From Mesotaenium endlicherianum (lineage: Eukaryota): a DNA stretch of 59,218 nucleotides. The notes beneath the pieces are model-generated. The model was given only the letters and a program-made list of their open reading frames with translations. It was not told the DNA's origin and did not search any database. A program made the position numbers and the translations under genes. The DNA lies in the NCBI GenBank assembly GCA_009602735.1, contig WELA01000395.1, positions 255,330-314,547 on the forward strand, written 5' to 3'. This document shows positions 1-14,400 of the stretch, piece by piece (within the stretch, counting starts at the first letter, position 1; the number at the start of each line of letters is the position of its first letter).

Positions 1-381
1 GGGGGAGGCCGGGGGGGAGGGAGGAGGGCGGAGGGGGGGCGAGGAGGGAGGAGGTGCGCACGCGCGTGTGCATATGAAGGGCACTGTCGGCACCTGACAC
101 CCAAGCTTTGCAAAACCAAGGGACAGTGCACAAAGCCAGACTGTTTGTTCACTTGACCTCCTGCCGCCTGGCAGCCTCCCCAAGGTAATTGTACTGGCCC
201 AGAACCCAAGACCCCAAGATTGACCCAGGCCTGCATATATGAATATGTTAGTGTGTGCGTGTGTGCCTTATTCCCCCCCTCCCTTCTCCCCACCCAGGCA
301 TCAGCCCAGGCAGCCGCCCAGGCGCCCCCCCGGGCGGCCGGGACCAGGGGCCAGGTGGCGCCCGCATGCGCCCCCTCCCAC

Positions 382-1398
382 CTGGTCGAAGATGCCCTCG
401 TCGGGCACGCCGTCCAGGCTGAGCGTGGGCGCCAGCACTACGGTGAACTTGTCGCCGCGCTGCACCGGGTACACCTCCGAGTTGACGTCCAGCACCATGT
501 CCATGTCCAGCTGCTCGCTGTGCGCCACGACGCGCGACACTGCTCATGCCCCCCCCTTGTTGACAATTGTCACTCTCATTGGTATGCTCCCCAGCGTACC
601 CCAGCCCATGGTGCGTTTGTGTCCGTTTCAGAAGGTGTATGTCAAAGAAATGGTGCAGCTGTGGTGTCTTGTCTATGTGCGTGTATGTGCGTGTGCGTAC
701 GTGTGTGTGTATGGGTGTGGGTGTATGGATGTGTGTTGGTTGGGGGGTGGGGGTGGGTGTGGGTGTTCCCCACTGCAGAATTACGGGAGCCACCAACCTT
801 TGACTCGGGAACAATCTGATGGAGTCCGACACAATGACACACGTGCAAGCAGTGTGCTACCTTTCAAAATGACCAACACAGCCAGCAGCCAGGAGGTAAA
901 GAGCTGAACAGTGAGCTCAGAAAACCGTGTGAGGCTGAGGCCACTCTGTCAGGGGCATGAGGGGGTCCTTCCTCCACAGTGGCAGCACCCGAGGCAGTTT
1001 CATCTGTCTTAAATTCTATATCAGCATGTGACTGAGAGTTCGCTCTTGAGTCACCCTGCAATGGCAACCCTTGAAGTCCTGTTTCCCGTTTGGGGGTTCC
1101 AGTGCCACTTTCAACTGAAGCCATTGCAATTGTCATTGCCATTGCCTCTCTAGACCTGATTAGAGGAGCACACACAGTAGACAGCCTCCTAGGCAAAGCC
1201 TGGTCAGCTCGGGCTGGCTTTAAGGATTGAGCATCAGGAAAGGAATACGCTTTGAGCTAGGATGGGAAGCATGCAGGAAAAGCTCAGCTGTGTCTAAAAG
1301 TTTGAATGCTGCGCAAGGTCACCTTTGTCAAACTTCTTTCCACCAGGATCCATGTCGTTGATCGTGAAAATATCCTCTAGCAGAATTGTCTCCACCAT
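382..1398 (-). CDS. RPB8: RNA polymerase I/II/III common subunit RPABC3 (RPB8), exons 1323-1398 and 382-539; 3' exons not identified (likely left of the window)
   Basis: Spliced translation [78 protein letters not shown] is typical RPB8; GT-AG boundaries at 1322/540 and donor at 381. Confidence 0.93.
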
Positions 1399-1699
1399 TG
1401 TGCAGGAATTGTTTTCACCAAGGAGTACTCGTGCAGGTTGTAATCTCAAGCACGTAACTTTGTCCCGGTGCAATCAGCGGATGTAGGTATCAAGTCCACA
1501 AAGGCCGCTACTTAGAGAAGATGCAGGCGACGAACGACGGCGAGCTGGAAAGGAGAAGAATGTTCATGAAAGGAGTCTCTCGGAAAAGAATGAAAGAAAC
1601 CTATGCAAGAAGTTCCTGTTCAAACATCATCCCCCAACTTCACTTTCGTTCACTCACTCGTTCGCACGCAGTGGTTCATTCCTTCGTGCTCTTCTGAAG

Positions 1700-4600
1700 A
1701 TGCCACTACCCGACTTGTTTCGAAGAGGACACAGACAGCTGCGTGTGCTCTTGCCTTCGGTGTGCGGGCCTTTCCTTCAAAGCCATACGGCTCTTGAGCT
1801 ACCGTCCGGCTCCAGCTCACGGCCAAGTTGGCATCATCCAGACTTGTGTTCAGCGTCCAATTTTCCTTATCCTGACTGTTTTCCGCAGAGACCTCTAGGC
1901 TTGCCACATCAGCTGCAAAACCGCTATGGCTATGGCGAGAGGCACTTCATCTACGAGTCTACTTCTTACGCAAAAAAAATTGTGGAAAAGCCCAAGTATT
2001 TCTCACAGGAGAGCTCGCCATTGGGGGATACCGAGACGGGTTTGGACTTCGACTCTGACATCCCTAAGGAGGGGTGGAGCGTGAGGCGTGCCCCGACGGA
2101 AGAATTCGTACTGATGGCAAAGCTGAAGACGGTAAGCAGATGATGATAGACATGTTCGCTGAAATGATGTATTGATTGTGCGCAAAAAGCGAGGGAATAA
2201 AGTTGAACCTTCCGCCCTTGCGCTATTGGGTATTTGCTGACTCGTAGGCCACGCGCAGGCAAGAATGAGTACAGTGCACTTCAACGAGGGCTTTCGTTTG
2301 CTTGCTACATCATAGCCGTGTGCTGAGAGGAAAGTGTAGGCATTCTTTTACTTTCTGAAATGCTCAAATGCTGAAACCCTTCGTGTTGACCAGCTGGACA
2401 AGATGTCCGTCCTGTCACTGACCGACAAAAACTCCTTAAGTGTAGGGTTTTCCGGGGTGCGTGGTTTTGAGTTTGAGGTACACGACGAGTGTACATCCAC
2501 CCCTTGCAGCCAGTGAGCAGGCTGGTCATTTCTCCCCTTCCTCGCTCCAATCATTCTTGTGACCTGAAGCTGGTCTGTCTCACCTTATACCACATCAGAA
2601 CACTCCAAACCCCAAATCCGAAACCCCAAACCTTGACCCGATGCATATGCCCTTGTACCTTCTAGTAAGCTCAGCAACCCTCCTGGCAGCCATGGCAGCC
2701 ATGGCTGACCCCTTCTGCAGTTCGCCCGCTGCGCAGGCCCGGCTGAAGTGCGAGAGGCAGAGGGCTCGCGTGGACAAGCTCCTGGCCAGGGTGTCGCCAG
2801 CTGGCAACCCCGCTGACGTGGAGATCCTGACGCCCGAGGACAAGCACATGCTGCGGCGGGTGGCCCTCAGGACGAAGAACTACGTTCCCGTGGGGAGGAG
2901 GGGCCTATACGCCGGCACCTTCGAGAACATGCACCTCCACTGGAAGCACCACCAGACGGTGCAGGTGCGCTCTCACGCTCTGTTGCTCTCTCCTGTAACT
3001 CGGCCGCACACGTCTCCTTGGACTGGCGTTGGCTGCTGTTGACTGTTGTGGACTGGCGTTGACCGGCGTCTCTGGTCCCTCTTGACAGTGGAGGTGCCAT
3101 TACGAGCTTCAAAGAAAAACTTTGCTTCCGTGTGTCCTAAGCATGAAACAATCGATGTCTTGCCCCCGCATGCCACTCCTTTGAAGCCGCCATAGGGCTT
3201 GCAAAGGGAGTGTTGGAAGCTAGCCACAGTGAGCCCCGCCCGACGAGGACGGGTAGCATCCTCCGAGGAAGTGAGGAGCACGGGGAGAGTGGCTTAAAGA
3301 CGCGGAGACCTAAGGCGGGAGTGAGAGGGCTCGGAGGGTGGGGGGTCAAATGAGGGCCGAGACTCAAGGGTAGGCGTCGTATGTGGCCCCCACTTGCACG
3401 CGAGCGTGAGCTCCACATTCTACGGAGCCCTCTCTCTCTAGAGGGATGAGGCTGGTAGGCTGCAGGAGAGGTGGCTCATGGGGAGCAGGAGGGGTGGTCA
3501 CATGTCAGTGCTGACAAGTGTCTCTCAGCGGCACGAGCGTAAGCTCTACACTCTGTGGGGGGGGTTTGACGTCTGGGAAGGGGGCTCGCACGCGTCCTGG
3601 CTTACAGCTGTCAGCGCGGCCAGAGCTCGCAGCCGCTAATGACGCCGCACTCTCGTACTGAACGAGGTGTGGGGCTGATGCAACTGACACCTGGCGCCTC
3701 GTTGCTCTGCCAGCGCAGGCCACGTGCAAACAGGCTCTCGGCCTAAACCTGAAATATTAACCCAACTTTAAGAGAAACCCCGCACCCCATCTCTCTCTCT
3801 CTCTCTCAAGAGAGGCAGGGGCCTTGTCCCGCAGTTAGCCTGCAGAGTGCAGGTAACTAGTGCAGTGCAGTCAGACGGCGTGGCCGCGCTCGCCGCTCTC
3901 GCCGCGCTCGCCACTCTTGCCACTCGCTTTAACGACGCCGCGATCGCCGCGCTCGTCTCTCTCGCCACTCTCGCATTAACGACGCCGCCAGACGGGCGCC
4001 CTTGGCCCCGCCAGCCTCATCATCGCTCGGCTGCGCGTGCGCCCGATCATGCCGCTGACCTCGACTTACATCTACGCCTGAGATGTTTTTCTTCGTCTCA
4101 CCGCACAGTGCAGCGTCTTTCGCTTCTTTCCTTCCACTGCCGCTCGCCCCCTTTTTGAGTGCTGAGGCGTGGGGAGGGTGCCGGCACTGGACCTGCTTGA
4201 CTGCTCGAGTGGACCTGGCTCTCGCAACTTGACTCTTTCTCTCTCTCTCTCTTCCTGTCCCTTTCTCTTTCCGGGTGTCGTGTTTTGTGGAGGCCTGTCG
4301 CTGGCGTGATGAAAGATGGACCAGTGTGTCTGTGCGTATGTGTGCGCGTACGTGTGTGTGTGTGTGCGTCTATCTGTGCGTGCATGTCATGTGTATGTGC
4401 GTGTGTGTGGGCGTGCATGTGTGCAGGCGGGCGTGTTGTGTGTGCATGCGTGCCTGCATGCTGTGTGTGTGCGTGTGTCTGTGCGTGCACATGCATGTAG
4501 ATGCACCTGTGAGTGGGTGCATATATGTGTGTCGACGCATGCGTGCTCGCCTGTGCGCGCGTGCGTCCGGTCTCCTCCCTCCCCCCTCCGGCGCGTCCAG

Positions 4601-5940
4601 CACCCCACAGTAAAGACCTTGCTCCTTACGTGCGCCGCCCCTCCTCCCCTCGCGGTGACAGGTGGAGTTCTCCGGCTATCCCAAGGAGCAGGTGCAGGGC
4701 GAGCTGGCGACGCGACTGGTGCGCGAGAGCGGGGGCATCCTGCTGGACGTGCACCAGGGCAAGACGGTGCTGCTGTACCGCGGGAAGAACTACGCGCGCC
4801 CCAAGATGCTGAAGCCGCCCACGCTGCTGGACCGCCGGCGGGTACGTCGCCGACGCCCTCCCATCCTCCTGCCTTGACTGTTTGGTTGATCTCATCCGAT
4901 CCGTCGGCGAACTTTCGGCGATCCGTTGGCAATCCGGGCGATCTGTCGGCTCCCCGCTGCTCTGCAGCTCGAGAAGGGGCGGGGCTAGCTTTGTTGCAAG
5001 TGGCGCACTGTTCTGGGGTCGCTCTGCTGCTGCTGCTGCTGCTGCTCCTGCTCTTTTCCTTCTACTGCTGCGGCGGCGGCGGCGGCGGCAACAGCAGAGG
5101 AAGAAGGGTTTCCGGAGTTGGCGTGTAGCAGGGTGTGACTTCGGGAGTTCCTGCTGTGTTTCTTGCGTGCTGCATGAGGGCAAGGCCAGGAGCAATTTGG
5201 TTCAGCAACCTGTGCGACCTGTGTGTCGGCGGAATTGGCGCCAGCTTGAGGAACATGTGATGCTGTGGTGCCGATTCTGCGTGCGTCAGCGGAGCTGCAT
5301 TTTGCAGCAGGCTTGCTGCTGTGACCTGGCGCCTGGCGTGTTTCACGCTGGGGGCTATGACTTCCGCGATGCCTGTGTGTGTCACTATTGTGGCGGCGTT
5401 CGTGTGATACCCTTCTGCGGCGGAACGAGGCGGGGCTGTGACGTGCGTGGGGCCAGCGGGCGGGAAAGAAACGGAGGGTTGTGAGGGCTGTTCTGATGTC
5501 GCGTGAAGAGAGCACGAGCCCAAGCTCCAGCCACGTTGTCGCCTGCGTCCCCTCTCCAGGACAACGCCAGCCCCGCCCTGTCCTTCTCTGCCGCATGATG
5601 CTACGTGCTCGCGAGGCTCTTGCAATCTCGGGTCTCGGAGCCTCTCAAGCGAGACGAATAAATGGGGGGGCTTCACTGCTGTCGGCCGTGGGGGGGCTGC
5701 GAGCAAGTGCAGGCGCTGCAGTGGTCGCTGGCGAATCAGTCGATGAAGGACCTGGAAATGCGCATCGAGGCGCTCGAGGCCCAGCTGGCGGACGTGAGGC
5801 GGCGCAAGGCCGAAGCTTTGGAGCAGACGAAACCGCGGCTCAGATCGCAGCTTCGCGTGTCCGGAGAAGGGGCTGGAGCCGAAACTTCTCCCAAGAGTAG
5901 TGCAGGCCTTGCTCTGAAAGGCGACGCCGGCGCTGAGTAG
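1700..5940 (+). CDS. CRM (CRS1/YhbY)-domain organellar RNA-binding/intron-splicing protein; exons ~1700-2131, 2737-2964, 4662-4841, 5713-5940
   Basis: EILTPEDK...KNYVPVGRRGLYAGTFENMHLHWKHHQTVQ|VEF...ESGGILLDVHQGKTVLLYRGKNYARP is a single-CRM-domain plant protein (GxxG and YRG motifs) followed by a coiled coil; phase-0 GT-AG introns; start codon less certain. Confidence 0.88.
4326..4565. repeat. Degenerate (GT/GC)n microsatellite in CRM-gene intron; similar tracts at ~675-760, 7330-7680 and 30160-30275
   Basis: Runs of gtgtgt/gcgtgc visible directly. Confidence 0.85.
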
Positions 5941-7759
5941 TGGCCAAGTCCCGCGCCAGGCCCCCGCTACGGGGTTGCACACCTTGGAAAGTTCAAAGGA
6001 TCCTGGTCCCCCTTTTCTTTTGTGGCTGGTCAGGGTGTTACACGCAACATACCTGAAAAGTATGGGGGCCTAATGTAGATCCTGGAGGTAATGAGAACGA
6101 GGGGTCAGCAAAGTCTTGTTCTGAAGGAGTGTGGGAAATGCAGCTTACCCAGCAGTTAATGCACAACAGACATACGGGACTTTTTCAATAGAGAATGCGC
6201 TTGCGTGTGGCGCACGTGTTGGCATTCTTCGATCGAGATGTATCCCTCATAAAGATTACTTGCAAAGATGCAAATCCAAAACAGTTCATCATGTTACCAT
6301 CTGTATACATGAGGTCCTGGCTTCAAATTGCCACAGACTTGACTTGGCCAAACAGGAACGAGGAAAGAGGAAAAAGGTCAATACAATGTGTTTGCTCTTT
6401 GCATGGTGGCTATAAGCAGATTACAGTATGGTACAAACACGCTGGCTACAAGACGGACCATTAGAATTGTTACTGCTATACCAATAATATCCAGTCTTCC
6501 TGCTAAGGGAAAATCCCACCAAACTTATAGAGAAAGTCATACTGCCTTAGCTGTTGGAAAGAGCAATCTCAGTCTATGCATTCCGTTTTGTCTCAAATTC
6601 CGACAAAGGGAAAAAAAAGTGTCACTAGAGACCCCATTACTGCTTGCAGCAGATTCTTCACCCTCCAAAGCAGGTCTTCAATACATGCCCTCTACATTAT
6701 GTACATTACCCCAACACCCCTTCCCCCGCAGCCCCCCCATGCCAACCCATAAGCTCACTTCATCAACAGGACAACAGAGCTCCATGATGATTTATGCTCC
6801 GATCAGTTTTATGTGAGAAGTATTATACAATAGAGTGGATGGATAACAACCTAATCTAGAGGACAGCCAGCACACTCTTCATTAATCCCCCCCCCCCCAC
6901 CCGGCAGATCCTGGCAGAGACTCCCAAGGTCTTCGTAACAGCCAACCACGTCCAGCAGGCCCGAGCTGCAGAGGCTGACAGGTGGCACAGTTCTGATTCT
7001 ACTCTTGGAGGGACTGCAATACCGAGGATCTGAGAACAGAGCGGGCCCCCCTCTCAGCTCAATTAGAAAAAGCGTTCTTCTCCTGAGCGTGGCGCGCATC
7101 CTCCTTCTGCGCTACCTCAGACCCCTGGCTGCGGTCATACTCCACGCCGCCATGTGGCACCTCTCCATCGCTTGGCTTGCCTGGCCCCTTCCCCTCGCTC
7201 CATGCAGCTGGCGCATTCCCAACGCTGCATCCAAGAAATACGATCTCATATTATTGTGTGTGAACATGAAGTACATACACGCGCACACGCGCTACTTAAT
7301 CAGGACATTAAATATTCACTGTTCATAATGTTCACTCACACCCACACACACAGACACCTGTGCAAACACATTTTCCACGTAGATGCATACTTGCTATGAT
7401 AATACACACCATGTTACGTATGTGATATCTGATATACATAGAGCAGTCACACACACACACACACACGCACACACACATACCCTCTGCCCTTTCCTTCAGC
7501 CTCGCCCCCCCTCCCTTCCCCAACCCCCTGACCCCATCCCCACCCACACCACCCCAAACAAAACATGTTACACACAAATGCACGCATACAGAGATGCACA
7601 CACACACCAACCCGACCCAACCCCAAAAAACACACGCATACAGATGCACACACAGACGCACACGCACAAACACACAAACATGAATAGTGTAGACACTGAG
7701 CTCAGAGCAAGTAAATACCAGAAGACGACACGCTTGTGCAGAGTGGAAGGATGAAAAGC

Positions 7760-8897
7760 TTACGTGCCAACCCCTTGCACCTCGTCAACTGGCTCGCCAT
7801 AGATCTGGCCGTACCCCTCGTCCGTTGAACGGCTGTGATACCCCGCACCAAAGGCCTCTGCCATGTCATCCTTGTAGGCCTCACCCAAGTCAGCGACAGG
7901 ATCGCGCAGCGTCTCCTCATCTGGACCATGCCCCTTCTTGGCGATGCCAGGTGGCATGCTCTGAGTCTGCCCTGGCTCCACCTGGCAAGCAGACGCATTG
8001 TGGACGGAATAGTGATGAGAAAGAACATCTCAAAGTTTCAACATTGTATGTCTATATGACGAAGCTTCTACGTCTCACAATATTCTACCTCACATGGGGT
8101 ACAAAATGTATGACACAATAATATGAACATGGATAAGTGATCCTTCGATCACTACATGAACTATACCTGACCTGTCTCAGCTGTCAGGACATTTATGAAC
8201 ACGCTTCAAAGCAGACTTAATCTCATGTAATCCACACACAAAGTGCGAGCTCATGAACCCATGACTTCTCTCTTATTTTGCAAATGAATTGTGTAAGAGG
8301 AATTATAGGACCAAAGCTCTAGCAGAAAAGATTATACTATCAAACACTCTGTGCAAGGAACAGTATCATGCACGCCTACAGCATACTTGCCACGCAGCAT
8401 TTGCACACTTCTGACGTCGTCAGCACACAAATCTTACGCCAGCAGTGCAACACCTATCGGGCTTTAACCTATGAATCACATATATAAAAATTAAGATAGA
8501 AGCATGGACAAATTTTGAGTCAGATGTACAACATCACATTCCAAAGACATTGTACGCACAAGATAGGCTTGAGATGTACCTGCTGCTTGACTTCCAATTG
8601 GTCGGACGACATAGTTCCCCCACCTCCGCTGCTAGCGCTTGACGCACTTGAGAAAGAACGAGGAAAGAGAGAAGCTGCTGAGAGCTTGTTCAGCTTTTGC
8701 GCCCCAGAGCCACCAAAAGCTTTGACTGGTTGAAATGACGGGAACCTCAATTTTACGAATAGTGCTGGTTCTCTTGAAGCTACTTGTACTGCAGCTGCAG
8801 ACGACGAGAATGCTGGTGCTCTAACGGCACGAGAAACTGACTTTAGAGCGTAACTTGTAAAGGAAGTGGCAAGACTGCTGAGTGACACAGTATTCAT
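7760..8897 (-). CDS. Small (~179 aa) uncharacterised protein with Ser/Ala/Arg-rich organellar transit peptide; exons 8580-8897 and 7760-7981
   Basis: Phase-0 intron (CAG|gtacat ... ttgccag|GTG); C-terminal exon DMAEAFGAGYHSRSTDEGYGQIYGEPVDEVQGVGT* is conserved in the paralog at 26841-27086. Confidence 0.75.
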
Positions 8898-11435
8898 GCT
8901 TCTTCAAATTGCATATCCAATAGCATTTTCTCGGTGACTATGAATTACAAGAGTTCCAGAGTAAAATTCCTGTCTGCGTAGAAAGTTAGAATTAAGTTGC
9001 TGTATAAAAACCACTGCATATACGACGGCAAGAAATCTTGCATGTGATGCGCACTCCAAGAAACAGAGCTTTACTGGCCTATTCAACACTGGTCCGGGCA
9101 ATACTTGCTAGATGTCCTTCTGCTGAAATTTATCGGTACAGAAATGTGGAAGAAGGCCGGTAAATGTGCATCGAATTATAATGGGAAGCTCGGCCTACAA
9201 CGATCGGAAACATTTTCGCCCGTGCTGCATTGCCCGCTTCAGGAAGATTGGTAGTCTATTTGCAGGGCACTGGGCACCGGTACGGCCATGGTGGGCGATA
9301 AGTAGGAGCAGCATGAAGAGTTGGCAGGCTCTTAAGAGGAGACGGTGCCATGCTGACTTGGCACTGCTTGGCCTGGCTAGGCCTAGAGCAGGAGACAGGA
9401 CCCAGCTGGAGACCAGTGTGTTTGGACATCGACCTGGCAACTTGCTTGCTTGCCAGCCATAATGCCAAGCTCTGTGTCGTTGCCATCATATGCGTCCGGA
9501 AATGTCATTAACGCTCTCAATGGCATTATTGGCAGCTCAGTGGTCCCCATATGGTTCCAAGATGCCTCAGGTGGTCCAATGAGTCTAGTCAACACACACA
9601 CAGAGTTTCAAGTGGTCCTTGGCAGGTCATTGGTCGTCCTTGGAGGTGGTCGTCCAAGCTGGGTCCAAGTCATTTTGGAATTGAACGTCAGGCCTTGTAA
9701 CGTTCGGACGCCGCTCCAACTCTTTCACGATGTTCTGCTCAGACATCTGACGTTGCCATGTTATCTCTCGCATCGTGCACGAAATGTGACTGCTTCACAT
9801 GGATGCATGATGATACAGGTGATGCAAGTGAAATTAGAATGATGAGCTGGAGGTCAGTAGGTACAGTCGTAGCAAGAGGTTGCTAGAGTACTCGTTGATG
9901 AGCATGTGCTGACGGCCCACTTTTAGTACAGTGGTCATCTTGGTGCGCCGTGTATGGCTATGGTGTTTGACAATGCTTCTGCTTCTCCATAGGTATGTTG
10001 GTCAACTTCTTTTGCCGCTCCTCATACTCCTGGAAGTCATCCCTTCATGCCTGATGCCTGTAGCTCGCATGCGAAGTAGTTTTGGTCTTTTATGTAGATG
10101 GTGTTCTCATAAACATGCGTCTCATTGGATGCACATGATGAGGATAATGTTGTCTTATGGCGAGAGTATGTATTGAAAGATAGAGGGGTTCACATGTCGG
10201 AGCTTGGATCGCGAGTGTGTAAAGAATTGCACAAAAGCGGAATCATACGGGTTGAAAACGTACTAGAGCACGATGTTTCAAGAAGGATCAGTACAGGTTC
10301 CTTTTTCAAATGTGCGTCCACTTACAAACGTGACCTCGCAAACATAAGCTTTGTTTTATTTTTGGCATGATGATTGCCTAGGAATAGATGCATACATTGT
10401 CAAGCCGCTAGTAACATGCCCTCTGATGTGAGTATTCCATCCTACAATTGTTCCATATGCCTGGGATATGTGGTCAAGGTACCTCACCTGTATGCGCACT
10501 TACCAACAAACCCCCCTCCCCCCCCCCCTCCCCCGGCGATCTTGAAAAGAAGAACAAAATGCACCCGCCCTTACCTTGAGTCGCGTTTTCCAGATGTTAT
10601 GATGGTGTATACTGCGAGCGTATTGTACCTGACATGCTCCTGCCTGCACTACTCACTCAGTTTCTCATCTTCAACCCAGCTTCCTGGTGGCAAGCAAGAA
10701 CTTGGAAGTGCTCTCTGCTTGGCATGTTATCTGACAGATCCTGCGGTTCCTGGGCTCTCTCTCTTGTGCACGTGCAGGGGGGGAATATATTCACATGTAG
10801 AGACAGTGTGATTGACATAAAAGTTGGCGGTCTGGTGTGCGTTAGTTCCAGCTTTTCTAGACAGGATAGGATGGAGCAGATTTAGAGCACCAGCATCGTC
10901 AAAGGAGGGGTCAGGGGGTCACGCAGGTGTCAGTAGCCAGGAGAGCCTTGAGGGGTGGGCCTTACCGACACGTGGCAGCTGGAGACTTGGCCAGCTGGAC
11001 CATGACCAACACCACAATCAGCCGGGGCTTACGCGCAATGTATTGCCTGGGCTAAGTCGACGGCTTAGCCAGAGTTCTCATTGCTTCACCCATTCAACCT
11101 GAGGGGCCCTTTAGGGCATGGCCAGAATTTGGCCCAAGGCGCGTAGCTTAGGGTTAGGGCTAGGGGTAGGTAGGGTTACCACGTGCACGGCTGCGACCTC
11201 CTCCGCTCCGTAGTTTCGCAGCAATAACACGCTGATCTGAGGTAGCCGACCAGTAGAAAGAGGGCCAGCCACGCTCGGGCTCGAGAGGACACTCATCCGG
11301 GCCAGACCTAGGGCAGGCGTATCGGGAACGCGAACCTGGGCTACGGGGCCCAAGTTTGAGATTCACGGTTTTGAACCCACGGACTCAGGTCTAGGGTTTC
11401 AAGTCTAGGGCTTAAGTCTGCAGGGAATTAGCACC

Positions 11436-14400
11436 ATGAGCAGCAGCAGTTGCGGCAGCGGCGGCAGCAGCGGCGGCGGCGGCGGCGGCACCAGCATCCA
11501 GGAGCTGCACGGCGAGCCCCTGCGGGCCATCCTGGGGCGCGTCTGCCGTGACGAGGGCATTGTTGCGGGGCTCCAGCGCTGCCGGGCCGTGTGCCGCGAG
11601 TGGGAGAGGGCCGCGTGCGGCCTCGTAGAATTCGTGTCGTTGATCGCCGCCCGGCCAGGACATGGGCAGCCGTGGGGGCGCTCGGGCCGCTCGGGCGGCG
11701 CTGGGGCTGGCTCGGGCGGCAGGGAGGATGACATTGACGACGACGACAACGACGACTGGGACGCGTGCGCGGCGGACAGCGTGCTTCAAGAGCTGAGAAG
11801 GTACCCAAGTGTGAAGAGAGTGCGGGTGGGGGCGGCCGCGGAGATCCGGGCGGCGTCGTACGTGCGCGTGCTGACGAGGCTCGCGTGTGCGGATCCGGCG
11901 GAGGAGCTCGTTGCGCTGACCTCGCTGGATCTGGTCTACTGGCACCACCACCCGGGTCCCGGTTGCTGTGCCTTGGGCTCAGGCGTGGGCTCAGGCGTGG
12001 GCTCAGGCTTGGGCTCAGAGTCAGGCTCAGGTGCAGAAGCGTGGTCGCCAGGCTCAAGAGGATCAGCCTGGGGATCAGTCTTGGGGGGATGGGGAGGGGT
12101 TTCGAGAGAGGCTTGGGAGGAGCCCGGGGAGGTGCACCTGGGGGAGGTGCAGAGTCCCCTGCAGGCGCTGGACGCCCTTCTGACGCGCCGGCAGGGCACC
12201 CTGGTGAAGCTGTCCCTGACACTTGTCAACCCCGAGGAGTTTGCGTGTGCGGGGGCGACAGCTGGCGGCGCTGCTTCTGCTGCTGCTCTTGCTGCTGCTG
12301 CCGGAGGACGTCCCCCCTGGGGGCTGCGCCAGCTGGCACGAGAGGCAGTCAGCGGAGCTGCCAGCAGTGGTGATGCTAGTGGTAGCAGTAGCAGCGGCAG
12401 CGGCAGGGGCAGCGGTGGGGGCAGCAGTGACAGCGGCAGCGGCAGCCCCAGCGACCGTGCGGAGAGGGAAGGGAGAGAAGGAGAGGAGGGACTGCTGCCG
12501 GAGGGGCAGCAGGAGGGCCCGCCAGGATTTGCGTTGCCCTCCTCCTTGTCAGGCAGCGGCAGCAGTGGCAACAACAATGGCAGCGGCAGCGGCAGCGCTT
12601 GCAGCGGTGGCGGCGGTGGCAGCAGGGACAGCAGAGGGGCGCATGCAGCGTTGCCTCCGGAGTGCGCATCGATGGCTCCCCTGGTGCTGAGGCCGGGGGG
12701 CTCGGGGTTGGGGCTGGGGCTGCACGCGCAGCAGCAGCAGCAGCACTCCTCCAACGTGCGAGACGTGATGCGCTCCATGAGGGCGCATCTCAACCGCCCC
12801 CCCCCTAACTCCTCCTCCTCGTCCTCTTCCCTGCTCCCCTCCCCTCCTCTCCCTTCTCCTCCTCTTTCGCCGTCCCTGGCCCCGCCCCCCCCCCAATCCC
12901 GTCCCTCTCTCACCTCCCCTCTCTCCTCTGATCGGCCCCTGCCTCTGCCTCTGCCACGCCCGCAGCTCCTGCCTGAGGCCCAGCCCCCAACGGGTGAGGC
13001 GTTCCTGAGGATCGTCGCTGCAGGAGTGATGCAAGGCTCCCCTCCCCTGCCCAACCGGATGCTTACTTCACCACTCTCGTCGTCAGCTCCGTTGCCGTCC
13101 ACGTCAGCGCCGCCGCCGCCCTTGCCGCCCGTGCCGCTCGCGCCGCCGCCCACCGACGAGAGCGTGCTGGACCTCGGAAGGCTCCGCCGCCTGCGCACGC
13201 TGCAGCTCGACTATGGCTGCCTCCCTCTCTGCGCGCCAGGTGGCGGCGGCAGGTGCGGCCGCCCGCTGCCCTCGTACCGCACCTTCTTCCGCCTGGGGGC
13301 CCTGGCAGAGCTCAGGGCTCTGTCGATTCGCAGCCCCGTCGAATCTCCCCTGCCCGACTCCCTGTGGGTCCTCTCAGGCCTGCAGCACCTGAGGCTGACT
13401 GTGGAAGAGAGCAGCGGCAGCAGCAACAGCAGCCGTAACCAGGGCTTCGGGTTTGGGCGGCCGAGGCTCTTAGTCCCTCGCCGCCGGCCCCTTCACGCCT
13501 CCAACCCTAACCCTAGCACAAATTTCGATCCCTGCAATCTTAACACAACTGGCACCCTTCTCCCTACCCGTCAAAGGGGCCTTTACCCCAACTACAACCC
13601 CAGCCCTAATCCCAACGCGATCGGGATCCAGAGCCTAAACCCGCTCCTTAGATTCAACCCTGACCCCGACCCCGGCCGCAACACTAACCCTAACCCAAAC
13701 CCGATGCCTGAGTGGCCCCTCCTCCCCCAAGCGCCACATGTCGACCTTGGCCCCCTGGATCGGCCGTTTGAGAACCTGAAGGGGCTGCGGGAGGTGGAGC
13801 TGCGAATGCTCGACATTCGGAGCGGCTTGAGCGAGGGCGAGGCCACGGCGCTGTTGTCGATCCCCACCCTCACGGCCTTGTCTGTGCACGCCCTCCGCCA
13901 GCGCTGCAGCCGCAACAGCGCACTTCGTGGACATGGCCCCCCCGCCCACGCCCACGCCCACGCCCAGGCTCATCCCCACCACCTCCGGCAGCGTAACAAC
14001 GACGGGAATGTGGGCGCCGTTGGTCGGGCTCACGTGAATGCACGTGCCGGTGCGAATGCAAGCAGCGTGCGCGCGCGGGAGCACGCACACGCGCGCGCTC
14101 TGCAGGCGCTGCTCTACTGGCCGGGCCTCTCGCGGCTGTCACTCGACCTCTTCGAGCTGCCGCCCATGCCGTCCGGCCACCTCATGCCACGCCTGCGGGA
14201 GCTCACGCTCGTCGTCCACCTGTCGACGTTCGAGCACGACTTCTTCCGGCACTTGCCCAATCTCACACACTTGGATGTCACGCTCTACAACGTGTTTGTG
14301 TGGCCGACACTTGGCAACCTCTTGCACCTTACGTCCCTGCGAATCGGCTTTCTCAACCCCAGCAGCAAGCTGCCTGGGGGATTCTCCCCGCCCGCCCTGA

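Noticed and set aside
3120..3330. Possible structured ncRNA in CRM-gene intron
   Set aside because: No diagnostic boxes or convincing stems identified by eye; would need an Infernal/Rfam search
4098..4613. Cys/Val- and His/Thr-rich ORFs (also 220-907, 7332-7754)
   Set aside because: Translations of intronic (GT)n/(CA)n microsatellites
9270..11350. Stop-riddled coding-like sequence, possible TE relic
   Set aside because: No recognisable motif, terminal repeat or TSD found
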